From positions 55,168-119,167 of the forward strand of contig CAZSAH010000001.1 of the NCBI GenBank assembly GCA_964605015.1: 64,000 nucleotides of DNA. Reading direction: 5' to 3'. Each line of letters opens with the position of its first letter. Position 1 is the stretch's first letter. The notes beneath the pieces are model-generated. The model saw only the letters and a program-made list of their open reading frames with translations, was not told the origin of the DNA and searched no databases. Below, piece by piece: positions 43,494-53,404 of the stretch. The stretch is from an uncultured Alphaproteobacteria bacterium. GTDB lineage: Bacteria; Pseudomonadota; Alphaproteobacteria; UBA9655. A program made the translations under genes and the position numbers.

Positions 43494-44504
43494 ATGACCC
43501 TCAACGCTATAAATGTTGCCCTTGTCGGGTTTGGATTTTCAGGACGCACTTTTCACGCACCTTTTTTAATCGCGCTTGAGGATTACAATTTGTCCCGTGT
43601 CGTCTCTTCGCACCCTGAAAAAGTTCAAGAAATATTACCCAATGTCCATGTGGAATCAGATTTTACAAAGGTTCTGAAGGACCCCACCATAGATTTAGTT
43701 GTGATTGCAACACCAAATGCCACGCATTATGAGCTGGCGAAGGCATCTCTTGAAGCTGGCAAACATGTGCTTGTTGACAAACCTTTTACGGTTCATTCCA
43801 AAGAAGCCAAAGATCTTATTGATATAGCAAAGCAGAAAAAACGAATTTTAACCGTCTATCATAACAGGCGCTGGGATGGTGATTTCTTAACTGTCAAAAA
43901 AATCCTCGCAGAAAAGGTATTAGGCGATGTTTATTTATATGAGGCTCACTTTCACAGATATAGAGCCTTCCCTAACCCCCAACGATGGAAAGAATCTCCC
44001 GTCCTTGGATCAGGGATTTTATATGACCTGGGCGCTCATTTGATCGATCAGGCGTTGTTGCTTTTTGGTCCACCAGACGCCATTGATGCTGACATCCTCA
44101 CCCAAAGATCTGGTGCCGTTGCTGATGATTATTTTCATTTAACGTTAAAATATGGCACAAAGCGTGTTCTTCTAAAAGCTAGCAATCTTGTCTGTAACCC
44201 TGGGCCGCGTTATCAACTTCACGGCACTCAGGGGAGCTTCTTGAAAAGCGGCCTGGATCCTCAAGAGGCAGAGTTGATTGCAGGGAAAAATCCTCTTGAG
44301 AAAACATGGGGAAAAGATAGAGAGGAAAACCATGGAATGGTGAGCGTTAAGGATCATCATTCCTACGTTCCCACAATTCCAGGCAATTATGCTCTATTCT
44401 ATAAATTACTGTCTCAGGCTATTCAGAAAAATTCTCCCCCGCCCGTTCTTCCAGAGGAGGCCTATCAAGTCATCAAGCTCATTGAAAGGTGTGGAGAAAA
44501 ATGA
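43494..44504 (+). CDS. Gfo/Idh/MocA-family oxidoreductase
   Basis: N-terminal Rossmann VALVGFGFSGRTFHAPFL, EKP-type motif VDKPF, and a C-terminal alpha/beta domain. 336 aa. Confidence 0.85.
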   Translation: MTLNAINVALVGFGFSGRTFHAPFLIALEDYNLSRVVSSHPEKVQEILPNVHVESDFTKVLKDPTIDLVVIATPNATHYELAKASLEAGKHVLVDKPFTVHSKEAKDLIDIAKQKKRILTVYHNRRWDGDFLTVKKILAEKVLGDVYLYEAHFHRYRAFPNPQRWKESPVLGSGILYDLGAHLIDQALLLFGPPDAIDADILTQRSGAVADDYFHLTLKYGTKRVLLKASNLVCNPGPRYQLHGTQGSFLKSGLDPQEAELIAGKNPLEKTWGKDREENHGMVSVKDHHSYVPTIPGNYALFYKLLSQAIQKNSPPPVLPEEAYQVIKLIERCGEK

Positions 44505-44545
44505 TGAGGATTCTTTTGTTTGCAGATGTGACTCTTTGTTATATA

Positions 44546-44634
44546 GACGCAAATGGCCAATCATTGTTGTACACAAAAAGTTTGATTTTCTTCAAACTGT
44601 GGAGTAAACTATAAATATAAAATGGGAAAGTTGA
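44546..44634. repeat. ~85-bp direct repeat, copy 2
   Basis: GACGCAAATGGCCAATCATTGTTGTACACAAAAAGTTTGATTTTCTTCAAACTGTGGAGTAAACTATAAATATAAAATGGGAAAGTTGAG. Same orientation as copy 1. Confidence 0.9.
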
Positions 44635-44785
44635 GTCGACATTATGTTGACTCTTTTGAGCATCTTTTTGAAAGACAATAAAAAAGTGAGGCGATCATTG
44701 CCGGCTCTGGTTTAAAATGTGTCAGGTGTTAAGAATGCTCATTTCAGAGTACCTGTTGCCTCGGAACTTTTTATAGGCTGAGTTT

Positions 44786-45958
44786 TTAAGGATTAAGGGC
44801 AGCCATATAATTGTTCATATTCATGATAAACGCCTCCTTTAAAGGCTTTTCTAAGTGGTGAAGGTAGGGCTGAATTTTTGTTTTGAAGTCCTCTCGAAAT
44901 TCAAATGATTTACATTCACTCTGAACTAACCAAGGATCTTCTTGGATAAGCTTATGCTTAAAAAATTTCTTTTTCAAAAAAGACACCTTTTCACTTTTTT
45001 CTGTTTGCTTTGGCAGAGCCTCATTTTGGTTTTTGATAATGATCGGCCATAACCCGTTCATAATGTCAGAAAATGTTTGGTGATTCATGATTTGTTGGTT
45101 TAAGTAGGATAAAATGTTGAGAGCCATAAACTCACTCATATAAGAAAAATGAATAATATCAACAAGCTTGTATAAGTCTTCTGCTGAATACGAAGTGTTT
45201 AAACAAGAAAGATTGTCAACTAATATTTTTCTATATTTCCCATACTCTTGATAGAGAGAATCTGGTGATTTTAATAACATCTCAAGGGGGTGCCAACTTT
45301 CATAAAAATGAGAGGCTGCTAATGATCGGCCGCAATACAATAAAGGGAGTCGTTTTACTTTTCCCATACAGGCTGTAAGAGCTCCTCCCAAGAGTTCTCG
45401 TCCCAAAAGGGAGTCTAGGGATTGAAGTTGAGAAAAAATATTTTTTAAGATAGGGGTTCTATAGATAGCATAAGTAATAGCTTCATAGGATTGAAAAAGA
45501 TCTCGTAGACGAATAAGAGGATTATCATTCATCAGCACATCTTTTGTATAAACCAAATCTGAAATTGTAATATTTTTCTTTGCCGTAAAGGAAAAGTAAA
45601 GACCATGGGCGGCAATGTAATCCTTATTCGTTTTAAGAAAGCTTACAAGGGGGGCAATTGAATTGACTATAAGAACATCATCATCCGCACATAATGAGCA
45701 GAAAGATGTTTTAACTTTTTCAACCCCCCTCCAGAATTTTTCAAAGGGAGGGATGTCTGAAGGAAAGGAAAGAACATCTATGGTGAGCTGAACTTGACTG
45801 ATAGTATTTTTGTTTTCTTCCCTTTCCTGAGGATGGCTTGAGTCTAGAACTAAAATATTAAATTTAACACTTTGATTATCAAGGTAATTTAATAAAGCTC
45901 TAAACTCTTTTGGCCTATTATAGGTTGGAATAATAAGGGTATAATCTTCAACCATCAT
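44786..45958 (-). CDS. Glycosyltransferase family 2-like protein with extended C-terminal domain
   Basis: YTLIIPTYNRPKEFRALLNYL...LDSS...DDD (GT-A-type N-terminus). 390 aa. The C-terminal half is unassigned. Confidence 0.6.
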   Translation of the reverse strand: MMVEDYTLIIPTYNRPKEFRALLNYLDNQSVKFNILVLDSSHPQEREENKNTISQVQLTIDVLSFPSDIPPFEKFWRGVEKVKTSFCSLCADDDVLIVNSIAPLVSFLKTNKDYIAAHGLYFSFTAKKNITISDLVYTKDVLMNDNPLIRLRDLFQSYEAITYAIYRTPILKNIFSQLQSLDSLLGRELLGGALTACMGKVKRLPLLYCGRSLAASHFYESWHPLEMLLKSPDSLYQEYGKYRKILVDNLSCLNTSYSAEDLYKLVDIIHFSYMSEFMALNILSYLNQQIMNHQTFSDIMNGLWPIIIKNQNEALPKQTEKSEKVSFLKKKFFKHKLIQEDPWLVQSECKSFEFREDFKTKIQPYLHHLEKPLKEAFIMNMNNYMAALNP

Positions 45959-45964
45959 AATTCC

Positions 45965-46783
45965 TTAAGCACATTTTTTAACTTGAAGATCTTCACGGCG
46001 TTTAACCCAAGCGCTGGGCCATGCTGTAATATTTTCTGTTAAGGCACTCTCATTGAATGTCCATGCTGGGGTTTCTAAAGTAAAGTCTGAATGTTGAGCC
46101 AGAAATTCTTCAGTTGCTGCAACGGGATTATCATTTTCCCATTCAGGTTTTCCAGAAGGTACATCACAGAGATCTTGCATAAGCCCATCTGTGACAACAA
46201 TATAAGACCCTGGGGTGACAAGTTTATAGTAAGCCTCTAATTCTTTTGCTACATGATTTTTGCAATGATTAGAGTCAAGAATAACTAAAACCTTATCGGT
46301 AGGATTAATTAGTTTTTTGACTTGAGAAATAATTTCTGGGCTTACAGAGTCCCCTTCAATAAGGTGAATCATGGAAGAAAGTTCATGGCTAATAATAGCT
46401 TTTTTATTGTGAGGCCGGATTTCAATATCCACACCTATAACTTTTCCTTTTCCCATACATTTCAACAAGCTAGCGTTAAAAATGAGCGATCCACCATGGG
46501 CTATGCCTGTTTCAACGATTACATCAGGTTTTAAGGTATAGATCGCTTCTTGCAGTCTGATCATATCTTCTGGGTGCTGAATAATAGGACGCCCAAGCCA
46601 AGTAAAGGTGTAAGAATACTTTTGATTCCAACTCATTTTTAGCCAAAGATCAGATAACATCTCAAATGATTCTTTGCTATAAAGATCTAAACTTTGTTTT
46701 TCATTACTTTTAATAATGTCAACTTTTTTGCTTTCTGTATCAATTATGATTTGGGTCATGCTTTTTTCTCCTAAACATATCAT
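45965..46783 (-). CDS. CmcI / cephalosporin-hydroxylase-family SAM methyltransferase (sugar O-methyltransferase type)
   Basis: PDVIVETGIAHGGSLIFNA motif of the CmcI family. Two plausible starts: 46783 (ATGA overlap with the upstream gene) or 46759 (preceded by TAGGAGAAAAAAGC). Confidence 0.75.
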   Translation of the reverse strand: MICLGEKSMTQIIIDTESKKVDIIKSNEKQSLDLYSKESFEMLSDLWLKMSWNQKYSYTFTWLGRPIIQHPEDMIRLQEAIYTLKPDVIVETGIAHGGSLIFNASLLKCMGKGKVIGVDIEIRPHNKKAIISHELSSMIHLIEGDSVSPEIISQVKKLINPTDKVLVILDSNHCKNHVAKELEAYYKLVTPGSYIVVTDGLMQDLCDVPSGKPEWENDNPVAATEEFLAQHSDFTLETPAWTFNESALTENITAWPSAWVKRREDLQVKKCA

Positions 46784-47721
46784 TTAATTTCTTTAATAAA
46801 TTGAGCTCTACATTTAATCATTTCTCTTATACCTTTTTCAAGAGAATAAGATGGAAACCATTTTAAGTCCCTTCTAAGGCGATCAATGTTGGGCACAAGC
46901 CTATCGGCATCTTGAGCTGTCGGTTGACGCGCTCCAAATTGAATTAAATCTTCTCCTCCTAATTCATTTGTAACAATTTTTGCCAAGTCTCTAAGACTAG
47001 TGGGGTGTCCAGATCCAATATTAATAAAACCAAGCGGCTCTTCTTTTAAGAGGCGTATTAATAAGTGAGCCACATCTTTTACGTAAATATAATCTCTAAT
47101 TTGGTAACCTGTACCACATGTAATTGGCTTTTGCATTAAAAGATGATCAATAATGTCAGGTAAAAACCGCCCCGCAGATTCAGCAGGGCCATAAGGACAA
47201 AACAAGCGACCCCAAGTCATTTTTTTATTAAATAGAGCTGCCGCGGCTTGCGCTCCTGTTCCACAAGCTAATTTACAAGCTCCATAGAGTGTGGAAGGTA
47301 AGGTTGGAGTTTCATTTTCCGAACAGTCCTCTTGGGTAGTGCTATATTCAGCACACGTTCCAAGTCCAACAGCATGTTCGCCCCCGGCGTCAAAAAAGTC
47401 TTTAAAAAGCCCAAGGCTTGATTGAAGCCATTGAAAATTTTCAGGATCTGCCCAAAATTTTCCTGGCTTTGCAGTCCAAGCAAGATGAAGAAGATGGGTG
47501 GGCTGAATTTCTCTGATCATTTTTTGACAACTTTGATCTTCTAAAAGATTAACTTTAATCCACCTTATGTTTTTATATGCGTGATCTTTTAGGTTCTGAG
47601 AGGAAGTGGCGTAGACATCAAAGTCTTCTAAATGGAGTAAATCTAGGCAAGCCGATCCTATAAACCCCCCGGCACCTGTGATTAAAAGACGTTTAGAAGA
47701 CCTTATCATGGATTTAAACAA
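46780..47721 (-). CDS. NAD-dependent epimerase/dehydratase (extended SDR; likely 4-ketoreductase)
   Basis: LLITGAGGFIGSA Rossmann motif and YGACKLACG (YxxxK). 313 aa. Sits downstream of the RmlC-like epimerase. Confidence 0.8.
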   Translation of the reverse strand: MFKSMIRSSKRLLITGAGGFIGSACLDLLHLEDFDVYATSSQNLKDHAYKNIRWIKVNLLEDQSCQKMIREIQPTHLLHLAWTAKPGKFWADPENFQWLQSSLGLFKDFFDAGGEHAVGLGTCAEYSTTQEDCSENETPTLPSTLYGACKLACGTGAQAAAALFNKKMTWGRLFCPYGPAESAGRFLPDIIDHLLMQKPITCGTGYQIRDYIYVKDVAHLLIRLLKEEPLGFINIGSGHPTSLRDLAKIVTNELGGEDLIQFGARQPTAQDADRLVPNIDRLRRDLKWFPSYSLEKGIREMIKCRAQFIKEIK

Positions 47722-48245
47722 GGAAATTGCTGATCTCTGCCCGACATAATAGGATCAGAAAAAGGCCAATTAATCCCTAGGCTTGGGTCACTCCAACAAA
47801 TACCTCTTGCGGAGTTGGGAGCGTAGGGAGTGGAAATGAAGTACAATACTTCGCAATCATCACAAAGTGTTTGAAAACCATGAGCAAACCCTTCAGGAAT
47901 AAAAAGAGCATTTTTTTGTTCTGCCGAAAGTTCGACAGAAAACCATTGTCCTCTTGTGGAAGAGTCAGGCCGTATATCAACAATAACATCAAATATGCGT
48001 CCTTTAAGACAATAGATCATTTTTTTTTCAGCATGAGGTGCACATTGATAGTGAAGGCCACGGAGAGTTGCCTTTTTAGCATTCGAAGAAAGACTTGATT
48101 GACTGACGTTAAAAGAAATTCCCTTTTGAAGGAATGTCTCCACGCAAAACGTTCTTGCAAAATACCCCCTCATATCGTCCTTTTTATCAAGGTCGATATA
48201 ATAAGCGCCTTCTAAAGATAATGCTTGAAAATTCATCTTAGACAA
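47706..48245 (-). CDS. NDP-4-keto-6-deoxyhexose 3,5-epimerase (RmlC-like cupin)
   Basis: RGYFARTF...QSSLSSNAKKATLRGLHYQ...HGFQTL pattern of the RmlC family. 179 aa. Confidence 0.8.
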   Translation of the reverse strand: MSKMNFQALSLEGAYYIDLDKKDDMRGYFARTFCVETFLQKGISFNVSQSSLSSNAKKATLRGLHYQCAPHAEKKMIYCLKGRIFDVIVDIRPDSSTRGQWFSVELSAEQKNALFIPEGFAHGFQTLCDDCEVLYFISTPYAPNSARGICWSDPSLGINWPFSDPIMSGRDQQFPCLNP

Positions 48246-49476
48246 CTTCAGGGGAGGGAACAGGAATAATAAATTTACCCCCTTTTGCGCGGTAGCTAGA
48301 TTGTTGATTTAAAATTTCTTCTTTGAAATTCCAGGTAAGCAACAAAACGTAATCAGGCATCTTTTCAAGAAGTTCTTCTGGTGCATAGATAGGAAGATGA
48401 GAACCTGGGATATAATGTCCTTGTTTTTCTTTGCTGCGGTCGACAATGAAATCAAGAAACTCTTCGTTAATTCCAAAAACATTTAATAATGTGCTTCCTT
48501 TTGCAGAAGCCCCATAGGCAGCTATAGATTTACCCGAATTTTTTAATCCCTTTAGCAATGAAACAAGGGAATTTTTATTTATTTTAATATTATCAGAAAA
48601 TGTTTTGTAAAAACCAAGCGTAGAGATTTTTAGGTTATTTTCAAACTCAAGAAGTTCTTTGACTTTTTCACTTTGTGGGGCAGGAGAATGAGAGACAAAA
48701 AGGCGTAATGATCCCCCGTGAATGGGCAATCTTTCAACATCGCTAATTTTAAGCCCTGCTCGAGCAAATAAATGATCAAGCGCTTGCAATGAAAAATAAC
48801 AGAGATGTTCATGATAAATAGTATCAAACTCATTTTTCTCAATCATATCAATCAAATAAGGGACTTCAATTACAGCAAAGCCTTCTGGTTTCAAAATGGT
48901 TTTGATTCCTTCAACAAAGTCATTTAAATGAGGAACATGGGCGAGAACATTATTGGCATGAATTACATCAGCAAATTGACCCTTAGCGGCTAATGTGAGG
49001 GCAAGTTTTTTAGAAAAAAACTCTGGAAGGGTGGGAATACCTTTTTTATTCGCAACAGCTGCAATGTTTGCTGCCGGATCAATTCCCAACACTGGGACCT
49101 TGTTTGCTAAATAATATTGAAGCAAGTACCCATCATTGCTCGCGAGCTCAATAACAAGAGACTCTTTCCCGAGGTTTTTTAATTTTATCATCTTTTGAGA
49201 GATAGCCTGAGAATGATCAAGCATAGTGTCTGAATAAGAAGAAAAATAGAAATAATTTTTAAACAAAAACTCAGATGAAACGTCATGTTTTATTTGAACA
49301 AGGGAACAATTTGGGCAAAGATAAAGATCTAAAGGAAAAGAAGCTTCCTCTTCTTCTAATTGGTCCTTTCGTAAGAGTGAGTTAGCCAAAGGAAGGGTTC
49401 CTAAAGAGACAATTTGTTCGTCTAAAGACTGCCCACAAGAGCGGCAATTTTTTATTTCTTGGTATCTATTCATCAA
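48238..49476 (-). CDS. NDP-hexose C-methyltransferase family protein (TylCIII-like architecture), second copy
   Basis: Zinc ribbon CRSC...CPNC, motif I LVIELASNDGYLLQYY, and a C-terminal GASAKGSTLLNVFGI domain. 412 aa. Confidence 0.75.
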   Translation of the reverse strand: MMNRYQEIKNCRSCGQSLDEQIVSLGTLPLANSLLRKDQLEEEEASFPLDLYLCPNCSLVQIKHDVSSEFLFKNYFYFSSYSDTMLDHSQAISQKMIKLKNLGKESLVIELASNDGYLLQYYLANKVPVLGIDPAANIAAVANKKGIPTLPEFFSKKLALTLAAKGQFADVIHANNVLAHVPHLNDFVEGIKTILKPEGFAVIEVPYLIDMIEKNEFDTIYHEHLCYFSLQALDHLFARAGLKISDVERLPIHGGSLRLFVSHSPAPQSEKVKELLEFENNLKISTLGFYKTFSDNIKINKNSLVSLLKGLKNSGKSIAAYGASAKGSTLLNVFGINEEFLDFIVDRSKEKQGHYIPGSHLPIYAPEELLEKMPDYVLLLTWNFKEEILNQQSSYRAKGGKFIIPVPSPEVV

Positions 49477-49494
49477 ATTATTAATCCTTTTTCT

Positions 49495-50514
49495 TTAATC
49501 ACCGATTGCTTTATTGCGATCAAAGTAGTTTTCATACCAGCTTAGGGTTCTTTTAAGTCCTTCATCAAGGGAAAAGAGGGGTTTCCATTTAAGAATATTT
49601 TTTGCTTTTGTTGCATCAAGATATTGATTTGCAATTTCTTTGCTGGCTTGCCCTAGAATCTCTGGAGTGAGGTCGCTCTCCATAAGATTAAGAATAGTCT
49701 CAGTAATTTCTAAAGCAGAAAGAGGATTTTCATTCGAAAAGTTAAACGCCTGTCCTTTCAAAGAAGGAATTTCAGCAAGTTTTTCAGCAAGAAGAAGATA
49801 AGAACTCACTGCATCTTCCACATAGATGTAGTCTCTCACTAATTTTCCCGTAGAGCGAATCTGTGGTTTTTTGCCCCTTAAAACGGATCTTATTGTTCCG
49901 GGGATAATACGATTCCAGTTTAAATCTCCTCCTCCATAAAAATTTCCACAACGAGTAATGACCACCGGCACATCCCATGTTTGAGCATAAGATTGGGCAA
50001 TAAGGTCAGCACAGGATTTACTGACGTCATAAGGATATTTGGCTTGGAGAGGCGTTGATTCTGTATAGGGCAATTCATCAGCTTCTCCATAAGCCTTGTC
50101 AGAAGAAGCAATAACAATTTGTTTTACAGTAGGATTATGACGACAGGCTTCTAGCAAACGCCATGTGCCAGCAATGTTGGCTTCAAAAGTGGATATGGGA
50201 TTGCGATTAGCAATAGGCACGATGGTTTGCGCGGCTAAATGCAAAACTGTTTGAACCTCATATTCAGCTAGAACTCTTTCAAGCAAGGATTGGTCACATA
50301 TATCGCCTCGAATAACATTTATATGGTTCCATTGATCCTCTTGATTAATGAGGCATCCAGGAACCCAATCCCTTACGATTGCAATAACATTCGCGTTTAG
50401 TTTTCTTAGATTTTTTATAACCCAACCGCCAACTAAACCCGTTCCTCCTGTCACCAAAACATTGCGATCTTGCCAGAATGCGGGGTTATTTAAACTTATT
50501 GCCAGATTTTCCAT
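49495..50514 (-). CDS. rfbG: CDP-glucose 4,6-dehydratase-like extended SDR
   Basis: [20 protein letters not shown]-terminus (RfbG-type FWxxxxVxVTG) and YDVSKSCAD (YxxxK). Overlaps and follows rfbF. Confidence 0.7.
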   Translation of the reverse strand: MENLAISLNNPAFWQDRNVLVTGGTGLVGGWVIKNLRKLNANVIAIVRDWVPGCLINQEDQWNHINVIRGDICDQSLLERVLAEYEVQTVLHLAAQTIVPIANRNPISTFEANIAGTWRLLEACRHNPTVKQIVIASSDKAYGEADELPYTESTPLQAKYPYDVSKSCADLIAQSYAQTWDVPVVITRCGNFYGGGDLNWNRIIPGTIRSVLRGKKPQIRSTGKLVRDYIYVEDAVSSYLLLAEKLAEIPSLKGQAFNFSNENPLSALEITETILNLMESDLTPEILGQASKEIANQYLDATKAKNILKWKPLFSLDEGLKRTLSWYENYFDRNKAIGD

Positions 50515-51269
50515 GGAGCCTTACCACTTTCCCAAAGAGTTTCCAAAAGTCGTTTGTCACGTAATGTATCCATACATTGCCAAAAATCACCATGTTCATA
50601 GGCATAAAGTTGATTTTCTTTTGCCAGAGTTTCTAAAACATGGGATTCTAAAATAGTTTGATCCCCTTCAATATAATCAAAGATTTGAGGCTCGAAAACA
50701 AAAAAACCGCCATTAATCCATCCTTCCCCGATTTGTGGTTTTTCCACAAAAGTTTTAACCTGACCGCAAGAGGTGAGTTTTATTCCTCCAAATCGCGAAG
50801 GAGGCCTTACAGCTGTTACGGTTGCAATTTTTCCATGGGATTTATGAAATTCAATAACTTTCTGAACATCTACGTTGGCTACTCCGTCCCCATAGGTTAA
50901 GCAAAAGGTTTCCTTATCTAAGTATTTTTTCAGCCTTCCTAAACGACCTCCCGTCATAGAGTGTAATCCTGTTTCTTCGAGATGAATGAGCCAGTTTTCT
51001 TCGAACTGACGACGGGCAATAATTTCACTTTTAGATAAATCGATTGTCATATTTCCACTTAACCTAAAAACATCATGAAAATATTTTTTTATAACTTCAC
51101 TTTTATATCCCAGGGTAATAAAAAACTCATGAATTCCATGCATGGAATAAATTTTCATGATATGCCACATAATGGGCTTATCTCCAATTGCAATCATTGG
51201 TTTTGGAATAACGTTTGTTTCTTCAGAGAGTCTAGTTCCATACCCCCCTGCTAAAAGCACACATTTCAT
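50496..51269 (-). CDS. rfbF: Glucose-1-phosphate cytidylyltransferase
   Basis: [56 protein letters not shown] is essentially the RfbF consensus. 257 aa. Confidence 0.9.
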   Translation of the reverse strand: MKCVLLAGGYGTRLSEETNVIPKPMIAIGDKPIMWHIMKIYSMHGIHEFFITLGYKSEVIKKYFHDVFRLSGNMTIDLSKSEIIARRQFEENWLIHLEETGLHSMTGGRLGRLKKYLDKETFCLTYGDGVANVDVQKVIEFHKSHGKIATVTAVRPPSRFGGIKLTSCGQVKTFVEKPQIGEGWINGGFFVFEPQIFDYIEGDQTILESHVLETLAKENQLYAYEHGDFWQCMDTLRDKRLLETLWESGKAPWKIWQ

Positions 51270-51486
51270 TTTATTTCTCTCTCTGACAAATTTTTGATAT
51301 ATCCATTCTTAAACTTGAAGAGGCTGTAGGTTAAATTCTATTAAATTTCAACAGCTTTTTCATTGATTCCCTCGGTTGAAAAGGCTTTTTCATTAGCGAG
51401 GGGTATAAATATTTCTTGCATAATATTTTTAACTTACCTATGGTCCGAATACTCATTATTAATTAAATCTTAAGAGGTTGTAGGCA
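51270..51486. promoter_or_regulatory. Divergent promoter region between the two glycan operons
   Basis: 217-bp AT-rich spacer between divergent rfbF (-) and the SIS-isomerase gene (+). No specific -35/-10 assigned. Confidence 0.4.
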
Positions 51487-52086
51487 ATGCCGAACTTAAA
51501 ATCAAGTCATAGTTTTCTCTTCTTTGAAGAATCTCAAAAAATTTGTGCTCAGTTAGATATTGAAGCCATTGAGAAACTTGTAGACCATCTGTCCGATCTT
51601 CGTGATCGAGAAGGGCGCCTTTTTTTCTTAGGTGTTGGGGGGAGCGCTGCAAACTGCAGTCATGCGGTCAATGACTTTCGTAAACTCTGTGGCATTGAAG
51701 CTTACACACCAGTGGACAATGTTTCTGAGTTAACAGCGCGAACGAATGATGAAGGCTGGGAAACTGTTTTTTACGAGTGGCTCATCCAAAGCAAGCTTAA
51801 CCACAAGGATGCACTCTTTGTTTTAAGTGTAGGGGGAGGGGATGCTGAAAAAAATATAAGCATGAATCTTATTAAGGCTATTGATCTTGCTCAGGAGAAA
51901 AAGGCAAAAGTTTTTGGGATTGTTGGAAGAGAGACAGGATACGCTAAAAAAGTGGGTGATTTAGTTGTTGTGGTTCCTCAATGTTCCCCACATCATATTA
52001 CGCCTCAGTCAGAGGCCTTTCAAGCTTTAGTGTGGCACTGTATGGTGTCTCATCCAAGGTTACAAATTAAAAAGACAAAATGGTGA
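51487..52086 (+). CDS. SIS-domain sugar-phosphate isomerase (GmhA-like sedoheptulose-7-P isomerase)
   Basis: GRLFFLGVGGSAANCSHAVNDF and LSVGGGDAEKNIS...AKVFGIVG parallel the GmhA layout. 199 aa. Confidence 0.7.
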   Translation: MPNLKSSHSFLFFEESQKICAQLDIEAIEKLVDHLSDLRDREGRLFFLGVGGSAANCSHAVNDFRKLCGIEAYTPVDNVSELTARTNDEGWETVFYEWLIQSKLNHKDALFVLSVGGGDAEKNISMNLIKAIDLAQEKKAKVFGIVGRETGYAKKVGDLVVVVPQCSPHHITPQSEAFQALVWHCMVSHPRLQIKKTKW

Positions 52087-52089
52087 AGA

Positions 52090-52632
52090 GTGCCTTCAGA
52101 ACCACATAAACGACCCGCTATTTTTCTTGATAGGGATGGAGTTCTTAATTTTCCTCTTCTCAAAAACGGAAAGCCTTTTCCTCCCTCCACTATTCAAGAA
52201 TTTAAACTAATGCCAGGGGTTGAAGAGGCTATCAATGCTTTTGTAGAAGCAAATTTTTTGTTGATTGTTGTAACAAATCAGCCTGATCCTTTGCGAGGAA
52301 CGCAAAAAAGAGAAATTGTAGAGGAAATGCATGTTCTCTTAAAAAAATGGCTTCCTCTTGATGATATACTAACCGCCTGGGACGAAACCAGTCATGAATA
52401 TAAACCCTCCATAGGATTAGTCACAAAAGCTGTAGAAAAACATCACATTAACCTTACAAAAAGTTTTTTTATTGGCGATAGATGGAGAGATATAGAATGT
52501 GGAAAACGTGCGGGATGCTCAACTGTTTTTATTGACAATAAATACAAGGAAGCTTTAACTGTAGAGCCAGATATACGCTGCCAAAGTTTAAGAGAAGCGG
52601 CGCAACTTATATGTCATAAACAAACTAAATAA
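52090..52632 (+). CDS. HAD-IIIA phosphatase (GmhB-like heptose bisphosphate phosphatase)
   Basis: AIFLDRDGVLN (DxDG nucleophile motif), VVTNQP and GDRWRDIECG motifs. GTG start. Confidence 0.75.
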   Translation: MPSEPHKRPAIFLDRDGVLNFPLLKNGKPFPPSTIQEFKLMPGVEEAINAFVEANFLLIVVTNQPDPLRGTQKREIVEEMHVLLKKWLPLDDILTAWDETSHEYKPSIGLVTKAVEKHHINLTKSFFIGDRWRDIECGKRAGCSTVFIDNKYKEALTVEPDIRCQSLREAAQLICHKQTK

Positions 52633-52642
52633 AGGTAAAGTA

Positions 52643-53386
52643 ATGATTAGTGCAAATAGCTTAAAAATTAAGATTTTTGCTGATGGAGCAGATATAAATG
52701 TCATGAAACAAATGGCAACCCTTCCTTTTATAAAAGGATTCACAACAAATCCAACATTGATGAGAAAAGCGGGGATTGTGGATTATGAAGGGTTTGCCTC
52801 TCTCGTGGTTTCAGAGTTTAAAAGTTATCCCATTTCTCTAGAGGTGTTTGCAGATGATCTTCTTACCATGGAGCAGCAAGCTTACAAACTTGCATCCCTG
52901 GGAGACAATGTCTATGTGAAGATTCCTGTGACTAACACCAAAGGGGTGTCGACAGCTCCGCTGATTCAGCGTCTTTCCAGAGATGGAATCAAAGTTAACA
53001 TAACGGCCGTGACCCTCCTCAGCCAGGTTCAAGAAATGATGGATGCCCTGGAAGAAGGCATTTCTTCATATATTTCTGTTTTTGCTGGGAGAGTTGCAGA
53101 TACGGGATGCGATCCCCTGCCTCTTATGAAAGATGCTTTGAAATTAGTTCAAGAAAAATCATCCATTGAACTTCTTTGGGCAAGCCCTCGGGAATTATTC
53201 AATGTGATTCAAGCGGATCAAATAGGATGTCATATTATTACGGCAACTTCAGATGTTCTGGCAAAGCTTGATCTCATTGGCAAAGATTTGAAAGATTATT
53301 CTTTAGATACCGTTAAAATGTTCTATCAAGACGCATGCTCTGCGGGTTACAACATCGTTCTTGTTGATAAAAAAATCGCCGTTTAA
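52643..53386 (+). CDS. Transaldolase-family protein (short, Fsa/TalC-like)
   Basis: KIFADGADINVM...GFTTNPTLM and the Schiff-base lysine context NVYVKIPVT. 247 aa. Confidence 0.8.
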   Translation: MISANSLKIKIFADGADINVMKQMATLPFIKGFTTNPTLMRKAGIVDYEGFASLVVSEFKSYPISLEVFADDLLTMEQQAYKLASLGDNVYVKIPVTNTKGVSTAPLIQRLSRDGIKVNITAVTLLSQVQEMMDALEEGISSYISVFAGRVADTGCDPLPLMKDALKLVQEKSSIELLWASPRELFNVIQADQIGCHIITATSDVLAKLDLIGKDLKDYSLDTVKMFYQDACSAGYNIVLVDKKIAV

Positions 53387-53404
53387 TTTAGGAAAGGAAA
53401 ACAG

